From Podarcis gaigeae (taxonomy: Eukaryota): 64,000 nt of DNA. Each line of letters opens with the position of its first letter. Within the stretch, counting starts at the first letter, position 1. The stretch is taken from the NCBI GenBank assembly GCA_964106915.2, contig OZ066925.1. One strand, written 5' to 3'. The notes under the pieces are model-generated. The model was given only the letters and a program-made list of their open reading frames with translations. It ran no database searches and was not told the DNA's origin. A program made the position numbers and the translations under genes. Shown in pieces: positions 51,886 through 64,000 of this stretch.

Positions 51886-52326
51886 AGGGCCTTCTGGATA
51901 GTGGCACCCACCCTGTGGAATGCCCTCGCATCAGATGTCAAGGAGCTGAGTAACTATATAACCTTTAGAAGACATCTGAAGGCAACCCTGTACAGTGGTA
52001 CCTTGGGTTACAAACGCTTCAGGTTACAAATGCTTCAGGTTACAGACTCCACTAACCCTGAAATAGTACCTCAGGTTAAGAACTTTGCTTCAGGGTGAGA
52101 ACAGAAATCACGTAGTGGTGGTGCAGCGGAAATGGGAGGCCCCATTATCTAAAGTGGTATCTTAGCTTAAGAACAGTTTCGGTTTAAGAACGGACCTCCA
52201 GAACGAATTAAGTTCTTAACCAGAGGTACCACTGTATAGGGAAGCTTTTTAATGTGTAATGCTATATTATGTTTTTATATATGTTGGAAGCCACTCAGAA
52301 TGGCTGTGGCAACCCAGTCAGATGGG
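51886..52326 (+). mobile_element. L2-clade LINE 3' fragment interrupted by a mariner MITE
   Basis: Translation APTLWNALASDVKELSNYITFRRHLKATLY; resumes after 52234. Confidence 0.85.
51993..52234. mobile_element. Tc1/mariner-pogo MITE (CAGTGGTACC family)
   Basis: TIRs CAGTGGTACCT / AGGTACCACTG with TA TSD. Confidence 0.92.
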
Positions 52327-53119
52327 NNNNNNNNNNNNNNNNNNNNNNNNNNNNNNNNNNNNNNNNNNNNNNNNNNNNNNNNNNNNNNNNNNNNNNNNNN
52401 NNNNNNNNNNNNNNNNNNNNNNNNNNNNNNNNNNNNNNNNNNNNNNNNNNNNNNNTCATGGACCCTGGTATTGGCCTTCATATGGGAGGGCGTGGGCATG
52501 ACTTCCAGAGAAAGTTGAACCCCTGCACCTCTCAGAAATTAAGCTATACCACATCATGTCACATGTTCCATGGATTGTTGATGCAAACTGACAATCACTC
52601 TGGCTATGTCCATCCATCCTCTGGACCTTTCCGTTGCCATGTTGAGAAATGAAGCTGCTTGTGTGCCCCTTGGTATAATCCAAGGTTAGATGGCCCTTCC
52701 TCATTGCTGTGGGAAAATGGGGTGTGGAATTGGATGTCCTATGACACCCAGAGAGGTTGGGGCTCCCTACACTTTTCTCATGTTAAAGTCCCTGGCCAAC
52801 CATCCTTCAGCAGACCCCTGTGAAAGCAAGGCGATACACAACAGTTGTCTTGGTGCTGCCACCACCAAATGGGCCCTGCTGCAGCCATGGAACCGTCCAC
52901 AGATGCCCAGGGCTGGCACTGGGCCCTAGTCTAAGATGGAACCTGCTGTGACGTGTGCATACTCAAAAAACCAGAAAAGTGTTTCTCCACTTCCTCCCTT
53001 CTCTTCAGAAGGATTGCTTAATTCATCTGCAACTTTGGGTAGATATAATTGATTGATTAAATCTATTTAATTGGTTGACAACTCTTAACTATAATCCATG
53101 GTTAGAGGTAAATGCGTTT

Positions 53120-53314
53120 GTTGTTTAGTCATGTCCGACTCTTCATGACCCCATGGACCAGAGCACACCAGGCACTCCTGTCTTCCACTGCCTCCTGCAG
53201 TTTGGTCATACTCATGTTCGTAGCTTCGAGAACACTGTCCAACCATCTCGTCCTCTGTCGTCCCCTTCTCCTTGTGCCCTCAATCTTTCCCAACTTCAGG
53301 GTCTTTTCCAGGAA
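53120..53314 (-). mobile_element. BovB (RTE) LINE 3' fragment
   Basis: GTCATGTCCGACTCTTCATGACCCCATGGAC...CCAACCATCTCGTCCTCTGTCGTCCCCTTCTCC...CAGGGTCTTTTCCA is the BovB 3' end; 12-bp TSD GTAAATGCGTTT. Confidence 0.9.
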
Positions 53315-54202
53315 GTAAATGCGTTTAAGCCCACTAAAATTAGTAGCATTAAGTAAACCAAATTCTGTGCTGGAATTAAGTCTACCTGTGTACCTGCTAT
53401 GCCGATTTTAAACACATGATCATCAACCTTTTCAGAAAAGCTATTCCTTAAACATCCAGAATCAGTTTCTCCATGTTGAAGCATGAATCTAATGATTACC
53501 TTTACTAGATAGGGATGGCTGCGTCTCCCTAAGTCTTATTTAACTAAGCAATAGCTATGGCTATTTTTTTTAGTAGTGCATTAAGAAGAATAAACCCTTT
53601 ATCTTAGATTCCTCCCCATCCCACCCAACCCAAAGCCTAGAATAAATGTTTAGTGGAATAGACCGTGCACGAGCACAGCTTACACAATCGCTTATGGGCT
53701 TAGCAGAGTTTCATTCTCACGCATGTGGCTGTAGAAAGGAAATTTGCATTTTGTCTGCCATTTTAAAGGGACATCCTACTGCCACAAACTAAAGTGTCAT
53801 GGGGAGATTTCTACTTAGCAATCACCGACACTGGGCTGAAATGTTCCTTCTATTATATTCAACATTGCAATCAATGGGGAGCAAACTAGAATCAATTTTA
53901 ATTGATCAGTCAGGTTTTTAAATAATTGGCAGCTATTCCACTTGCTTGACAAAAAACCCCACAAAAAAGCCCAACAACACCAAGCATCTGATGTCTAGTA
54001 TGTTCCTACTCCATTTCTAATAGCACACAGTTCTCCTTGAGAAAATGTGGCATTGCCATACAGATATTTCAGATATTTATTTAATGCTATTTAGAATTTC
54101 TGAGTGGTGTACACAAGTAAAACAACAACAATCATAGGGCACCATTTCTCCAGGACATTGGAGAAATGAAGGGTGGTGAATGCATAGGAATGACACTAAG
54201 AC

Positions 54203-54204
<2 letters not shown>

Positions 54205-54240
<36 letters not shown>

Positions 54241-54437
54241 CACCATTTTCTCCATGGAGCTCATTGGCATACATAGTCTTCCCCTTCCTCAATCCCACAA
54301 CAACTCTGTGAGATAGGCTACGCGACGAGGCAGTAACTGGCCCAAGGTCACCCAGTGAGCTTCATGGCCAAGTGGGGATTTGAACCCTGGTCTCTCAGAT
54401 CCTAGCCTGACTCTTTAACCACTACCCCACACTGGCT
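54205..54437 (-). mobile_element. MIR/CORE-like SINE
   Basis: CCCACAACAACTCTGTGAG...GCCCAAGGTCACCCAG...GGGATTTGAACCC, with an (ATT)n tail. Confidence 0.75.
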
Positions 54438-54487
54438 TTCATCTAAAAAGAGTTTCATCTACAGCCATTTCAAGGTGATGAGAAGTA

Positions 54488-54713
54488 CAGTGGTACCTCA
54501 GGTTACATACGCTTCAGGTTACAGACTCCACTAACCCAGAAATAGTACCTCGGGTTAAGAACTTTGCTTCAGGATGAGAACAGAAATTGTGTGGTGGCAG
54601 CACAGCAACAGCAGGAGGCCCCATTAGCTAAAGTGGTGCTTCAGGTTAAGAACAGTTTCAGGTTAAGAACGGACCTCCAGAATGAATTAAGTACGTAACC
54701 AGAGGTACCACTG
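54488..54713. mobile_element. Tc1/mariner-pogo MITE (CAGTGGTACC family)
   Basis: TIRs and TA TSD; highly similar to 51993 and 56030. Confidence 0.92.
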
Positions 54714-55975
54714 TACTAGGTTCTAGGAATATTTTCCCTGGTAAGAAAAATGTGCTCTTGAGCATGATCTGTGGACTGTCAAGCAATGCTTACAAACCAC
54801 TTGGTTGTGCAATATTGCCCTTTATCTAAGAGCTAAATTACACAACCAGCAGAAATACATGAACTTATCTGGTTGGCCACTGAGAGAACAGGATGCTGGG
54901 CAAGTTGAGCCCCTGGCCTGATCCAGCACGCTCCACTAAGGATCTTATGCTACAGCTATTGCTGGACTGTATCACTTTGGGCTGCAGGTGGGGGAATCAC
55001 ACGTTCGAATGTTTCAAAACTCCCGGTAAATGGGAAATTAGCATTTTAGGGGAAGGATTCTATTAAGCCCCTGCACAGCACAGGAGACAATGCTGTTGTT
55101 TGGTGGGCGAGCAACACTCAAGCGTATGCTTTGCTAACAATGTTCCGTAAAGTGGTCCTGTCCAGGAAAAGACGTTGCCACATTATGCTTCTATGCGTTG
55201 AGTGTTAGTGCATCAGTTGGGGCTGATTTCCATAAAGACTGTGTGCTTCAAGTATGGGTTATTATAACCCAAATTGTGGCATTTGTGTATCAAATAGGGG
55301 ACACTTGCTCTTTCCCCTTCACACTCTGACTCCAGCCTATCTCAAGGTTTGCAAGAAATGAAGAGAACGGGAAACTGAAATGCCAAGGCAGGATTGGGCC
55401 AATTCTGCACAATGCATGCCTTTCTTTTATAAGAATATCTGCTTGGAGGGAAAAAACCTAAGGCTTCCTATATCAATTAACAACTGAGAAATGGTTGTGC
55501 ACATGGAAGACTATATGGCCCTCCTTGTGATTTTATCACCCCTGCAGTGCAGCTATTTAACAGGAGTGTTTGATCAAGAGAAGTGCTCTGTGCAATTACC
55601 ACCTGAGTGCAAGGTTCAGCCCCTCTCCATGCTTCCTGTGCTACCTTCCTAGTTCCCTTGTTATCTCATTTAATAATCAGATCTTGCACTTCACTTACCC
55701 ATTTATCTGTATTGTGCTTGGGACTGCTGCAGGTTTAGGGCTCCCTATCAGTTCAACTTCTCCATATTCTGTTCCTTAGTTTGCTTCCTGTGTGCTTGTC
55801 AATTACAGCCTTCAACCTGTCCCTGTGCCAGTTTAACCTTAATTCTGCTCAGAGCCTTAAGGCACACTTAAATTGCTTTGGTTTAACAACTGGCAGCAAG
55901 GTGGACATAGATGCTGACTGGATAGAAGATAAACGTGGGGGGGGATGCTGTTTTTACAAGTATATGGACAATAAG

Positions 55976-56430
55976 TAGTAGTTAGAATGTCAGACTAGCA
56001 CCTGGGCAACCAGGGTTCAAATCCTCACTCAGTGGTACCTCAGGTTGCATATGCTTCAGGTTACATACGCTTCAGGTTACAGACTCCGCTAACCCAGAAA
56101 TAGTGCTTCAGGTTAAGAACTTTGCTTCAGGATGAGAACAGAAATCAGGCTCCGGCGGTGCGGCAGCAGGAGGCCCCATTAGCTAAAGTGGTACCTCAGG
56201 TTAAGAACAGTTTCAGGTTAAGAACGGACCTCCAGAACGAATTAAGTTCTTAACCTGAGATACCACTGAACATCATGAAATGAGCCTTGAAGCACATTTG
56301 AATGACCTTGGAGCAATCGCTGCCTCTCAGACTAACCTACCTCACAGGGTTGTTGTGAGAATAAAGATGGAGAGGAAGAGAACCATGTATGCCAACTTGA
56401 GCCCCTTGGAGGAAGGGTGGGCTATCTAAC
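55976..56430 (+). mobile_element. MIR/CORE-like SINE interrupted by a mariner MITE
   Basis: B box GGGTTCAAATCC and CORE-like ACCTCACAGGGTTGTTGTGAGAATAAA. Confidence 0.7.
56030..56268. mobile_element. Tc1/mariner-pogo MITE (CAGTGGTACC family), no TA TSD
   Basis: TIRs CAGTGGTACCTCAGG / CCTGAGATACCACTG. Confidence 0.9.
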
Positions 56431-57389
56431 AAACAAACAAAATAAAATGTTCATATGTGCTTACACACACTAATTGCTTCTTTTGAGGTTTTGCCCAAAT
56501 TTTTTAACCTGGCAACTCGGCTGATAAGTCTTGTCCATATCATCTGAGGATCACTCATATTATTCTAGTGAACAGCTGGAGTGTACCAAAAGCCAAATCT
56601 AAATTTAGTACAGGGCAGCAAACACGCTTGCTTGTCATGTGGTGAATATGGTTTGGTGTGGACTGGCTTTTCCCCAGGGACGCAGATGGCCTGCAGTTTC
56701 TGTATCTTATGCCTCACTGGAAAGACTTCACCTTCTATATTACAACATCCGCTAGTGCAATAGAACATACTGATTCTACATTTTCTCATAATAAATTGTC
56801 AACTTCCCCCACAGTATCTTGGTTTTCTGGTTCAAGTACAGTTTAGGCAAATTCTTGATATGATAAAATAGAAACTTATGGAGTGTGGGCACATAATTGA
56901 GCCATTTTGCTGCAGATGCTGCTGAATCGCTCCTCTTCTGATGAAGTATCTAATGTACACAATGTCATGGAAATGGGAAAAAGTATAATTTGGTTGGTTC
57001 CTCTACTCTGCCTCTTGCTGATCATAAATCTAGGGCTCTGAAGAGGAAGATGCTGCATGCCCCCCACACATTTAAGGCATCTTTAAAGGAACCCCCTGAA
57101 AAATCTTGGGAACTGTAGTTTACCCCTCACAGAACTACAATTCCCAGCACTCTAAACAAACTACAGTCCCCAGTATTATTTGGGTGTCGTAATATGGTGG
57201 GAATGCAGCCAGTTAAAACTATAAAACCAAGCTACACTTAAAATGCTTGCTGGAATAAATCTTCAGTAGGCAGAGGTGCTCAGTTGCATGCACCCATAAT
57301 TGGGAGGGAGGCGCGTCTCAAGTGTGTGACATCACACACGCGTGACATCACACCCACACAGCACTGGGTGTGCCGGAATGCTGGACCTT

Positions 57390-57819
57390 TGTGGCTCAGA
57401 AATGGAAGCAAGAAGAAATACTGACAAAAGAAGAATGGCAGACAAAATTAATGGACTACGCAGAATTGGATAAAATGACAGGAAGGATTCGAAACCTGCG
57501 GGACCAGAGATTTACAGAAGATTGGAAGAAATATATGAATTATTTGAAGAGCAACTGTAATCAACAAATTACGTTAGTAGGACTACAAGAAGTTTTGTAA
57601 GGAGAAATATATGAAATATTGCAAAGAAGAGAAAGAAAAGAGATATTAGTTATGAGATTTAAAAGTAATAGTGAAAATAAGAAATGTATATTAAGTGAAT
57701 AGATTGGATAATTTTCAGATGTGATTGATGGAAGTAAAAAAAATGTATAAGATATAAAAGTATGTTTAATTAATGTTGAAAATATGTTGAAAAACTAAAA
57801 AATATACATTAAAAAAATA
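57390..57819 (+). mobile_element. L1/Tx1-clade LINE 3' fragment
   Basis: Translation AQKWKQEEILTKEEWQTKLMDYAELDKMT...FTEDWKKYMNYL* (L1-type ORF2 end), A-rich tail, and TSD GAATGCTGGA(C/G)CTT. Confidence 0.8.
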
Positions 57820-58167
57820 GAATGCTGGAGCTTCGCAGACATCTGGTGACATGTGTTGCATATGTGGCTGGAGGAGGCTGACAATTGGGAAGGCCAACCT
57901 TTGGTGCCTCCTCTGCCCCCTCAACATTGAGGGGACACCCCCTCTGCCCAGAGATTTTGAGGGGGACAAAGACACCTCAGCTCCCTGGAGTTGGCATGCT
58001 TGTCAGTAGGTGCCAGACATTGAGGAGGGGTGGTCTTGGCCTTTCTGACCTCAACTAGAGATTCCATAAAACTGGGCCCAAACACACAGCTCATAGTGGA
58101 TATGAGCCATGCATCCGAGTGGTGGGGGACTACTGATAGTGTCTTCCCCAAAGATCTTAGTGACTGA

Positions 58168-58810
58168 CTGATCACAAGCAGGATGATTAAGAACTGTGTG
58201 GAAATAAATCACTAATCGAAGACATGACTTGTGGGAACATCGGGAAAGGAATGAAAGCTCTTTGTGACGCAGTTTGAAAAAGAGATTGTTACGGCAGGCC
58301 TCGCCACAGGATGATCGAGGGGGAGGAGGACCATGGCTTGTTATTATACTGGACTGTGAGTTTGACCTGGCAGGGCCCCCTGAGAAAATTGAGGAGAGAC
58401 TGGCAGGCCTGTGGAAATTAACGGACAGACTTTGGGAATGTTTGGTACGGAGGTGCAGAAATGGCGTCTGTCTATTTTGATATGGCTCTTGGAGGAGTGT
58501 AAAATCCACACAGGATATAACAACGTTTGTTTTCACCCGCTTGTGGAGACCATCAGAGATCACAAAGAAAGGAATATATGATAACAACAAGAAGATGAGG
58601 AAAATAATAAAGAGAAGATTGAACAGAACTGTGAATACTATTTTGACAGAACTGTGTACATTAAAGCAGCAGCAAGAGAGATGATTGGATCCCTTTCTGA
58701 GCTTGAAGCATGGGTACCCCCAACAAAAATGTAAAAATTTGGCTGTGTAATTTGGAATTAATGTGATTTGATTGGCCTGTTAATAAAAAATATATTTTTT
58801 TAAAAAAAAA
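58168..58810 (+). mobile_element. polyadenylated retrotransposed insert of unidentified source
   Basis: 17-bp TSD AAGATCTTAGTGA(C/T)TGA, AATAAA near the end, and a poly(A) tail. Confidence 0.8.
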
Positions 58811-58986
58811 AAGATCTTAGTGATTGAGCAGGGACATAAGGGATCAGGTGACCCTTGAGATGTCCGGGACTCAAATTGTTAAGGGCCTTGTAAATTGATA
58901 CAAGAACTTTGAACCTGCCTCAGTAGTGGGTGGGGAGCCAATGCAGACTTATGGAGTTATGTGCTGGGGATAGTCTTTTCCTAGGC

Positions 58987-59124
58987 CAGCCTTTGTCAAC
59001 CTGTGGGTCCCCAGATGTTGTTGAACTACAACTCCCATCATCCCTAGCTAGCAAGGCCAGAGCTCAGGGATGATGGGAGTTGTAGTCCAACAACATTTGG
59101 GGACCCACAGGGTGAGAACTGCTG
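58987..59124. mobile_element. palindromic hAT MITE
   Basis: Internal inverted repeat ACAACTCCCATCATCCCT / AGGGATGATGGGAGTTGT; TSD TCCTAGGC/CCCTAGGC. Confidence 0.85.
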
Positions 59125-59261
59125 CCCTAGGCAGTGTCTTGCAGCAGCTGAAGCCTCCAGACTAGGCCCAAGGGTAGCCCCACACAGAGAGCATGGCATT
59201 AATTGAGTCTTGAGGTTACCAATGCATAGACCACTGTGGCCAGAGTATCCCTGTCTCCAGT

Positions 59262-59605
59262 AGGGATGCGAGTGGTGCTGTAGTCTAAACCACTGAGCCT
59301 CTAGGGCAGCCTTTCTCAACCTTGGGTCCCCAGATGTTTTTAACCTACAACTCCCATCATCCCTGGCCACTGGTCCTGTGAGCTAGGGATCATGGGAGTT
59401 GTAGGCCAAAAACATCTGGGGACCTAAGGTTGAGAACCGCTGCCTAGGGCTTGCCAATCGCAAGGTCAGCAGTTCAAATCCATGTGATGGGGTGAGCTCC
59501 CGTTGCTCTGTCCCAGCTTCTGTCAACCTAGCAGTTTGAAAGCATGCCAGTTCAAGTAGATAAATAGGTACTGCTGGGACAGGAAAGTAAATGGCGTTTC
59601 TGGCT
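59262..59605 (+). mobile_element. Sauria SINE 5' portion interrupted by a hAT MITE
   Basis: Aligns by eye with the 38199 copy on both sides of 59307..59442. Confidence 0.8.
59307..59442. mobile_element. palindromic hAT MITE nested in Sauria SINE
   Basis: CAGCCTTTCTCAACCTT...AGGTTGAGAACCGCTG with CTAGGG duplicated on both sides. Confidence 0.85.
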
Positions 59606-61216
59606 TCTGTCATGGTCCAAAAGCAGCCATGGTTGTTGCACCAACCATAGCTGATGAAAGGCATTCCTAGCAACTGATACCACCTGAGCTTCCAGTGACA
59701 AAGATGGATCCAAACTCTCTCTCCCCACCCCAAGGGAGCATAACCAGAACTGGCAACTGGCCAATTTCTTTGAAACAATGTTAAATTTTGTTGTGTGTTG
59801 ATTTCAGCATTTTGTAGAAATGTGCCTTCAAAGCATGGTGAGCAAATAAATTAGTGGAAAGTTGTGCTGGGCAAACATGTCTATCTGGTCCTTCTGGGAA
59901 ACTCTTTACTTCCCCAAAAGAAATTTACATCATATTTGTGATTGGAAATACTATTCAATTGACTTTTAAAAATCATATACTGCCTAAATTTATCTTGTTC
60001 TCCACTTACTTTCCATGCCAATTTTTTTATTGTGTAAATATGACAGCAGAGCATTGATTGTCTGTCCTAAGTGCTTAATCAAACTCTATTACACCGCTAA
60101 CCATAAATGACCTAAATGAACATTATTGCTCTGAAGTGCTAGTAACTATGGATCAGGCAGGAATAAAAGGAGTTGAGCAGCTTTTTTTGTTGCTTCAGAG
60201 CAGAAGTTTCCACATTCTGGAACAAAAATGTTTTCATGGCTTGCTATTAACGCTCATATCGGCTTTGTCTAATTCTATGTAAGGTATACTGATTTATTAG
60301 AAAGCTCATTCTACAGTAAACTGATAATTGGATGCTGTTGAAGGAATGAGTTTCATTGATCGGGCCAGTGACCACAGATGTAACTGAAGTAAATGCTTTT
60401 AACAGTGCTGGGGCGTATTTTGTCCATGATCAATGTTTGTGAATCTTCCTTTTTAGTTTTTATAAAAGATTTATTTAGTAGCCTCTGCATTGATCTAAAG
60501 CGAGGTATCTTTAATATGTTAAATTTATCTCGACAGAAAGTTTCATTACGTCTCAGTCAGTGGAAACTTTTTTTTTTGCTTGTTAAAGATTAAAAATATT
60601 TGCTGACACTTGCTAAACATGTAGCCTACTTAGACTTGTTGTGCCAGCAGATGAGCATTGGGGTGGGAGAGAGAAACTATATAAATCAATCTGATGAAAT
60701 GCCACTTGGCATCTAAGCATTGTGCAAAGGTCTTTGCAAGATCTGGCATAGTTACATGGAAGCCAGTTCAACCAGTGGGCAGGATACAAAGTGGCAGGAG
60801 AAGCCGTTATGTTAGAAATTCTCTCTTAAAAATAAATAAATAAATAAATGAGGGTTTGCACAAGAGACATTTAGAGTGAAGGCAGGGGCTTGTAAGAGCA
60901 AAGGGATGTGCAGCCATGCTTGAGCCACTGCCAAAACTCAGCAGGAACTGGCTTTGGGTCCTTTCCTCCACGCCAAGATTCAAACCATCATAAATAAAGT
61001 GAGCACCTTTAATCAGGTACAGAACATCTTATCCTTACCTCTTGGGAAGTACAACCAGCCCCCATGCAGCTCAGGAGTTGAGGTTTCCAAGAAAGGAAAT
61101 GTGTGCTTTCCAAGAGGGTATTTAAAAAAACAATCTTTTTTCCCATTTTAAAACTCACCAGTTCTTGGAAGACTGTATGCTTCTGTTCAGCAGGAACTTA
61201 CCTTGTTGATTTACTT

Positions 61217-61470
61217 CAGGCGTCAGCAAACTTTTTTATCAGGGAGCGGTTCCACTGTCCCTCAGACCTTGTGGGGGGGGGGGAGACTATATTTTGAAGG
61301 GGGGAAATGAACGAATTCCTATGCCCCACAAATAACCCAGAGATGCATTTTAAATAAAAGGATACATTCTACTCATGTAAAAACACGCTGATTCCCAGAC
61401 TGTACACGGGCTGGGTTTAGAAGGCGATTGAGCTGGATCCAGCCCCTGGGCCTTGGTTTGCCTACCCATG
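61217..61470. mobile_element. hAT-type non-autonomous element
   Basis: Ends CAGGCGTCAGCAAAC / GTTTGCCTACCCATG; TSD not evident. Confidence 0.6.
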
Positions 61471-61701
61471 CTTCTGGCAGTTCCCACAATGTGAAAAGCG
61501 AAGTTACAGGGAACCAGACAGAGGGCCTTCTCGGTGGTGGCGCCCTTCCATCAGATGTCAAGGAAATAACTATCTGACTTTTAGAAGACATTTGAAGGCA
61601 GCCCTGTTTAGGGAAGTTTTTAATGTTTGGTTCTATTTTTAATATTCTGTTGTGAGCTGCCCAGAGTGGCTAGGGAAACCCAGCCAGATGGGCAGGGTGT
61701 A

Positions 61702-61740
<39 letters not shown>

Positions 61741-61741
61741 T
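61471..61741 (+). mobile_element. L2-clade LINE 3' fragment
   Basis: Same family as 35449; (AAT)n tail. Confidence 0.85.
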
Positions 61742-64000
61742 GGAAGGCTGGGGTTTTTGAAGGACATTAGTTCACTCAAAGAATTCTGGGCACTGTAGCT
61801 AACCCTTCACACAGATGGAATTCCCAAACAAAAATGCTAATTATTCTCCTGTTATTTTATAATATTAATAATATAATGTGAACACATCCTCAAGAAGATA
61901 GGGATTGGAGATGGTCTACCTGTTGTTTAGGGCTGTCCAGGGAGGGATCATAGCTTAGTGGCAAAGGATGTGTTTCATAAACAAAACAACCTGGGTTCCA
62001 TCCTTGGCGTCTCTAGTTGAAGGGACCAGATAGCAGGAGCTGAAGAAGACCTCCACTGGAGACAGGGGAGAGCTACTACCAGAGGAGACAGCACTGGGCT
62101 ACGTAGGTGGATCAATACATCTATGATTACTTTCCATCCGCCTTCATCGAACAAGTCACGTTCTCCAGCAGACAGTGATTGAAAGGTCCCAGCCACTGGG
62201 TTAGTGTGAATTGGCCTGAGCATGGGGAGTGGGGAACTCTTTCCGGCCCAAGAACCACATTCCCTTCTAGGAGGCCAGAAGAAAAAGGTGGGCAGTGTTG
62301 TTGTTAACTCTCAACTCCCCACCTCCATCCTCCATCCAGGAAAGCATACTCAGAGTTCAAAGATGCATTCAGGTCAGGCAAAAACACCCAGTAAGAGAGG
62401 AAACCAAGGCTGGTAAGGGCAGTGGCCTGGGAAGAAAGGGATGTTGCTGGGGAGAAGATGTAGCCTGTAGACAGTTTTAAGGGCTGACTAGATAGTCTGG
62501 AGGGCTGGATTTGACCCCCTGAGGTTCCTCATCCCTGTGACAGATCTTGCCTTGCTTTAGCTGTGGTGGAAAACATTTGCCTCTGAACATTCCTATTAAC
62601 ATCAATGGGACTGGTCTGGAATACGGGTTCGTAGAGGGTACCTTAATCTGAACCTTCATCCCACCTGCTTCTGTAAAAGAACCCACAGCATTCATTACAG
62701 TAGTTGAACAAGACTACTTGCTTGGAGGGCAATTTACATGTATTTGTGATGAAGGGCAAATGAAAGTTGTGAGGCGGGGAAAGGGACGAGCTCCCTGTTC
62801 TATAATCCCTAAAGTGGAATTAATAGAAAGGTCGTTGAACTGTTCTACTGGGTGTCTATAGAAAGGGTATAATCAAAGGAGGTACAAGATCTCATTCAGT
62901 GGGGGGGGGGGTTTTGCGACAGATTTGATAGCACAGGAGTTAATTTCCCTGGTGACCCAACTGAGATAGTAGCTCTTATCTCTTATTTCCTTTTCCTCCC
63001 CAAACCCCCCACCCAGCCCATGAAAATTAAGAGTAAACTGTCTGTTTCAATGACTTCCTGACTAACAAGGAGATAAGCATTTTGTGTGTTTATTAATTTG
63101 TTTATTTGGTGCAATAATACCTATGATTTAATAAAGATAAGAATTCAGATGAAAGGCAACAAACTTCCCATTATACAGCTGGATCATTTCAGCAGTCAGA
63201 ATAAATTAAAAGATAAAATGCACTCTCACTTGTATGATTAAGAGGCCAAAATTAATCACTGCGAAAGAGAAGCATTTCAGATGGGGGGGGGGGTGGTGGC
63301 TTTTCATTTGCTGTTTGCTGTGACAGAAGCACGCATGCAGTCCACGGCCTCTAGTCTGCATGTTCTGTGTGTTTTTAAGGGAATGGTCCTTTTTATGGAT
63401 CATTATCCATAAAATTGCATGTAATGACAAAAGCACTTAAAATACCTTTTGAGGGGGGGAAAGGCTATTGGAATGCCTGTCAGCTTTCTTAGTACAATAG
63501 GCACAGAGCTACAAGCCAAAAGTTAGCATTTATCTTTATTGTAAGAGATCACAGTGTAGCAACTCTCTCTTTCTCTCTCTTTTCTATTTTTGAACAGACA
63601 TTTCTTTCAATAAGCACCAGCAGCTTCAAAAAGACTTTTGAGGGGGATTTTGAAGCTTCAGTCCTGATTCTCCAAGTGCAATTGGAGTGGAATCCCCCTT
63701 GAAATGAACAGGACATATATAACAGCAATGGGAATTTAGGAATCTGCTTTATACTGAGTCAGGGCATTGGCCCATCGAGTTCAGTGTTGTTTAAACCAAT
63801 TGACAGCAGCTTTCTCAGATTTCAGGCAGAGGATATTCCTAGGTCTACCTGGGGGTGCCAGAGTTGAACCTGGAATGTTCCAAAATCAAGGTAGGGGTGA
63901 ATTGCATTTCCGGGCGGTCTGCATACATTAGCATGCTGCTTTAGCAAAACCATAATTAGCTGTATTTGAGCCAATCTTTCCTGTGAAATCAATCTATCCT

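Larger units (their letters stand above)
58010..59740 (-). mobile_element. old L2 LINE fragment split by several younger insertions
   Basis: L2 RT-like pieces (LDPSLSLEAQVVSVARNAFHQLWLV...; ...LRS...) interrupted at 58168, 58987 and 59262. Confidence 0.7.

Noticed and set aside
51993-56268. CRISPR-like recurrence of TCAGGTTAAGAAC
   Set aside because: These are internal subterminal repeats of mariner MITEs in eukaryotic DNA, with no regular repeat-spacer periodicity and no cas genes.

Overview
Vertebrate genomic DNA, not prokaryotic. It is from a squamate and probably a lacertid lizard, judged by Sauria SINEs, BovB, lizard-type L2/CR1 and hAT/mariner MITEs. The window holds one protein-coding gene, the Sp/KLF zinc-finger transcription factor SP8, on the minus strand. 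The large coding exon is 11408..9972, and zinc fingers 1-2 are hidden by a 184-nt N run whose length exactly fits the missing conserved residues. The small first coding exon (MATSLLG in other amniotes) is not visible and probably lies in the N run at 12529..12698. The 3' UTR is about 2.5 kb with AATAAA at 7481 and 7220. The gene sits in a ~27-kb CpG-retaining, LINE-poor domain (~1.4-28.8 kb) with a second, orphan CpG island at ~27 kb. The rest (29-64 kb) is CpG-poor gene desert upstream of SP8, full of TSD-bounded and often nested transposons, with several repeat-free homeodomain/Sox/TCF-motif-rich blocks that look like developmental enhancers. I found no convincing new biological system. The best leads are an AG|GT dual splice site/stop-containing cassette exon in SP8 intron 1, a TCF/LEF motif cluster ~10 kb upstream, a MITE-derived hairpin in the 3' UTR and an unidentified TSD-flanked polyadenylated retro-insert. 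All family names come from pattern recognition; no database searches were run.
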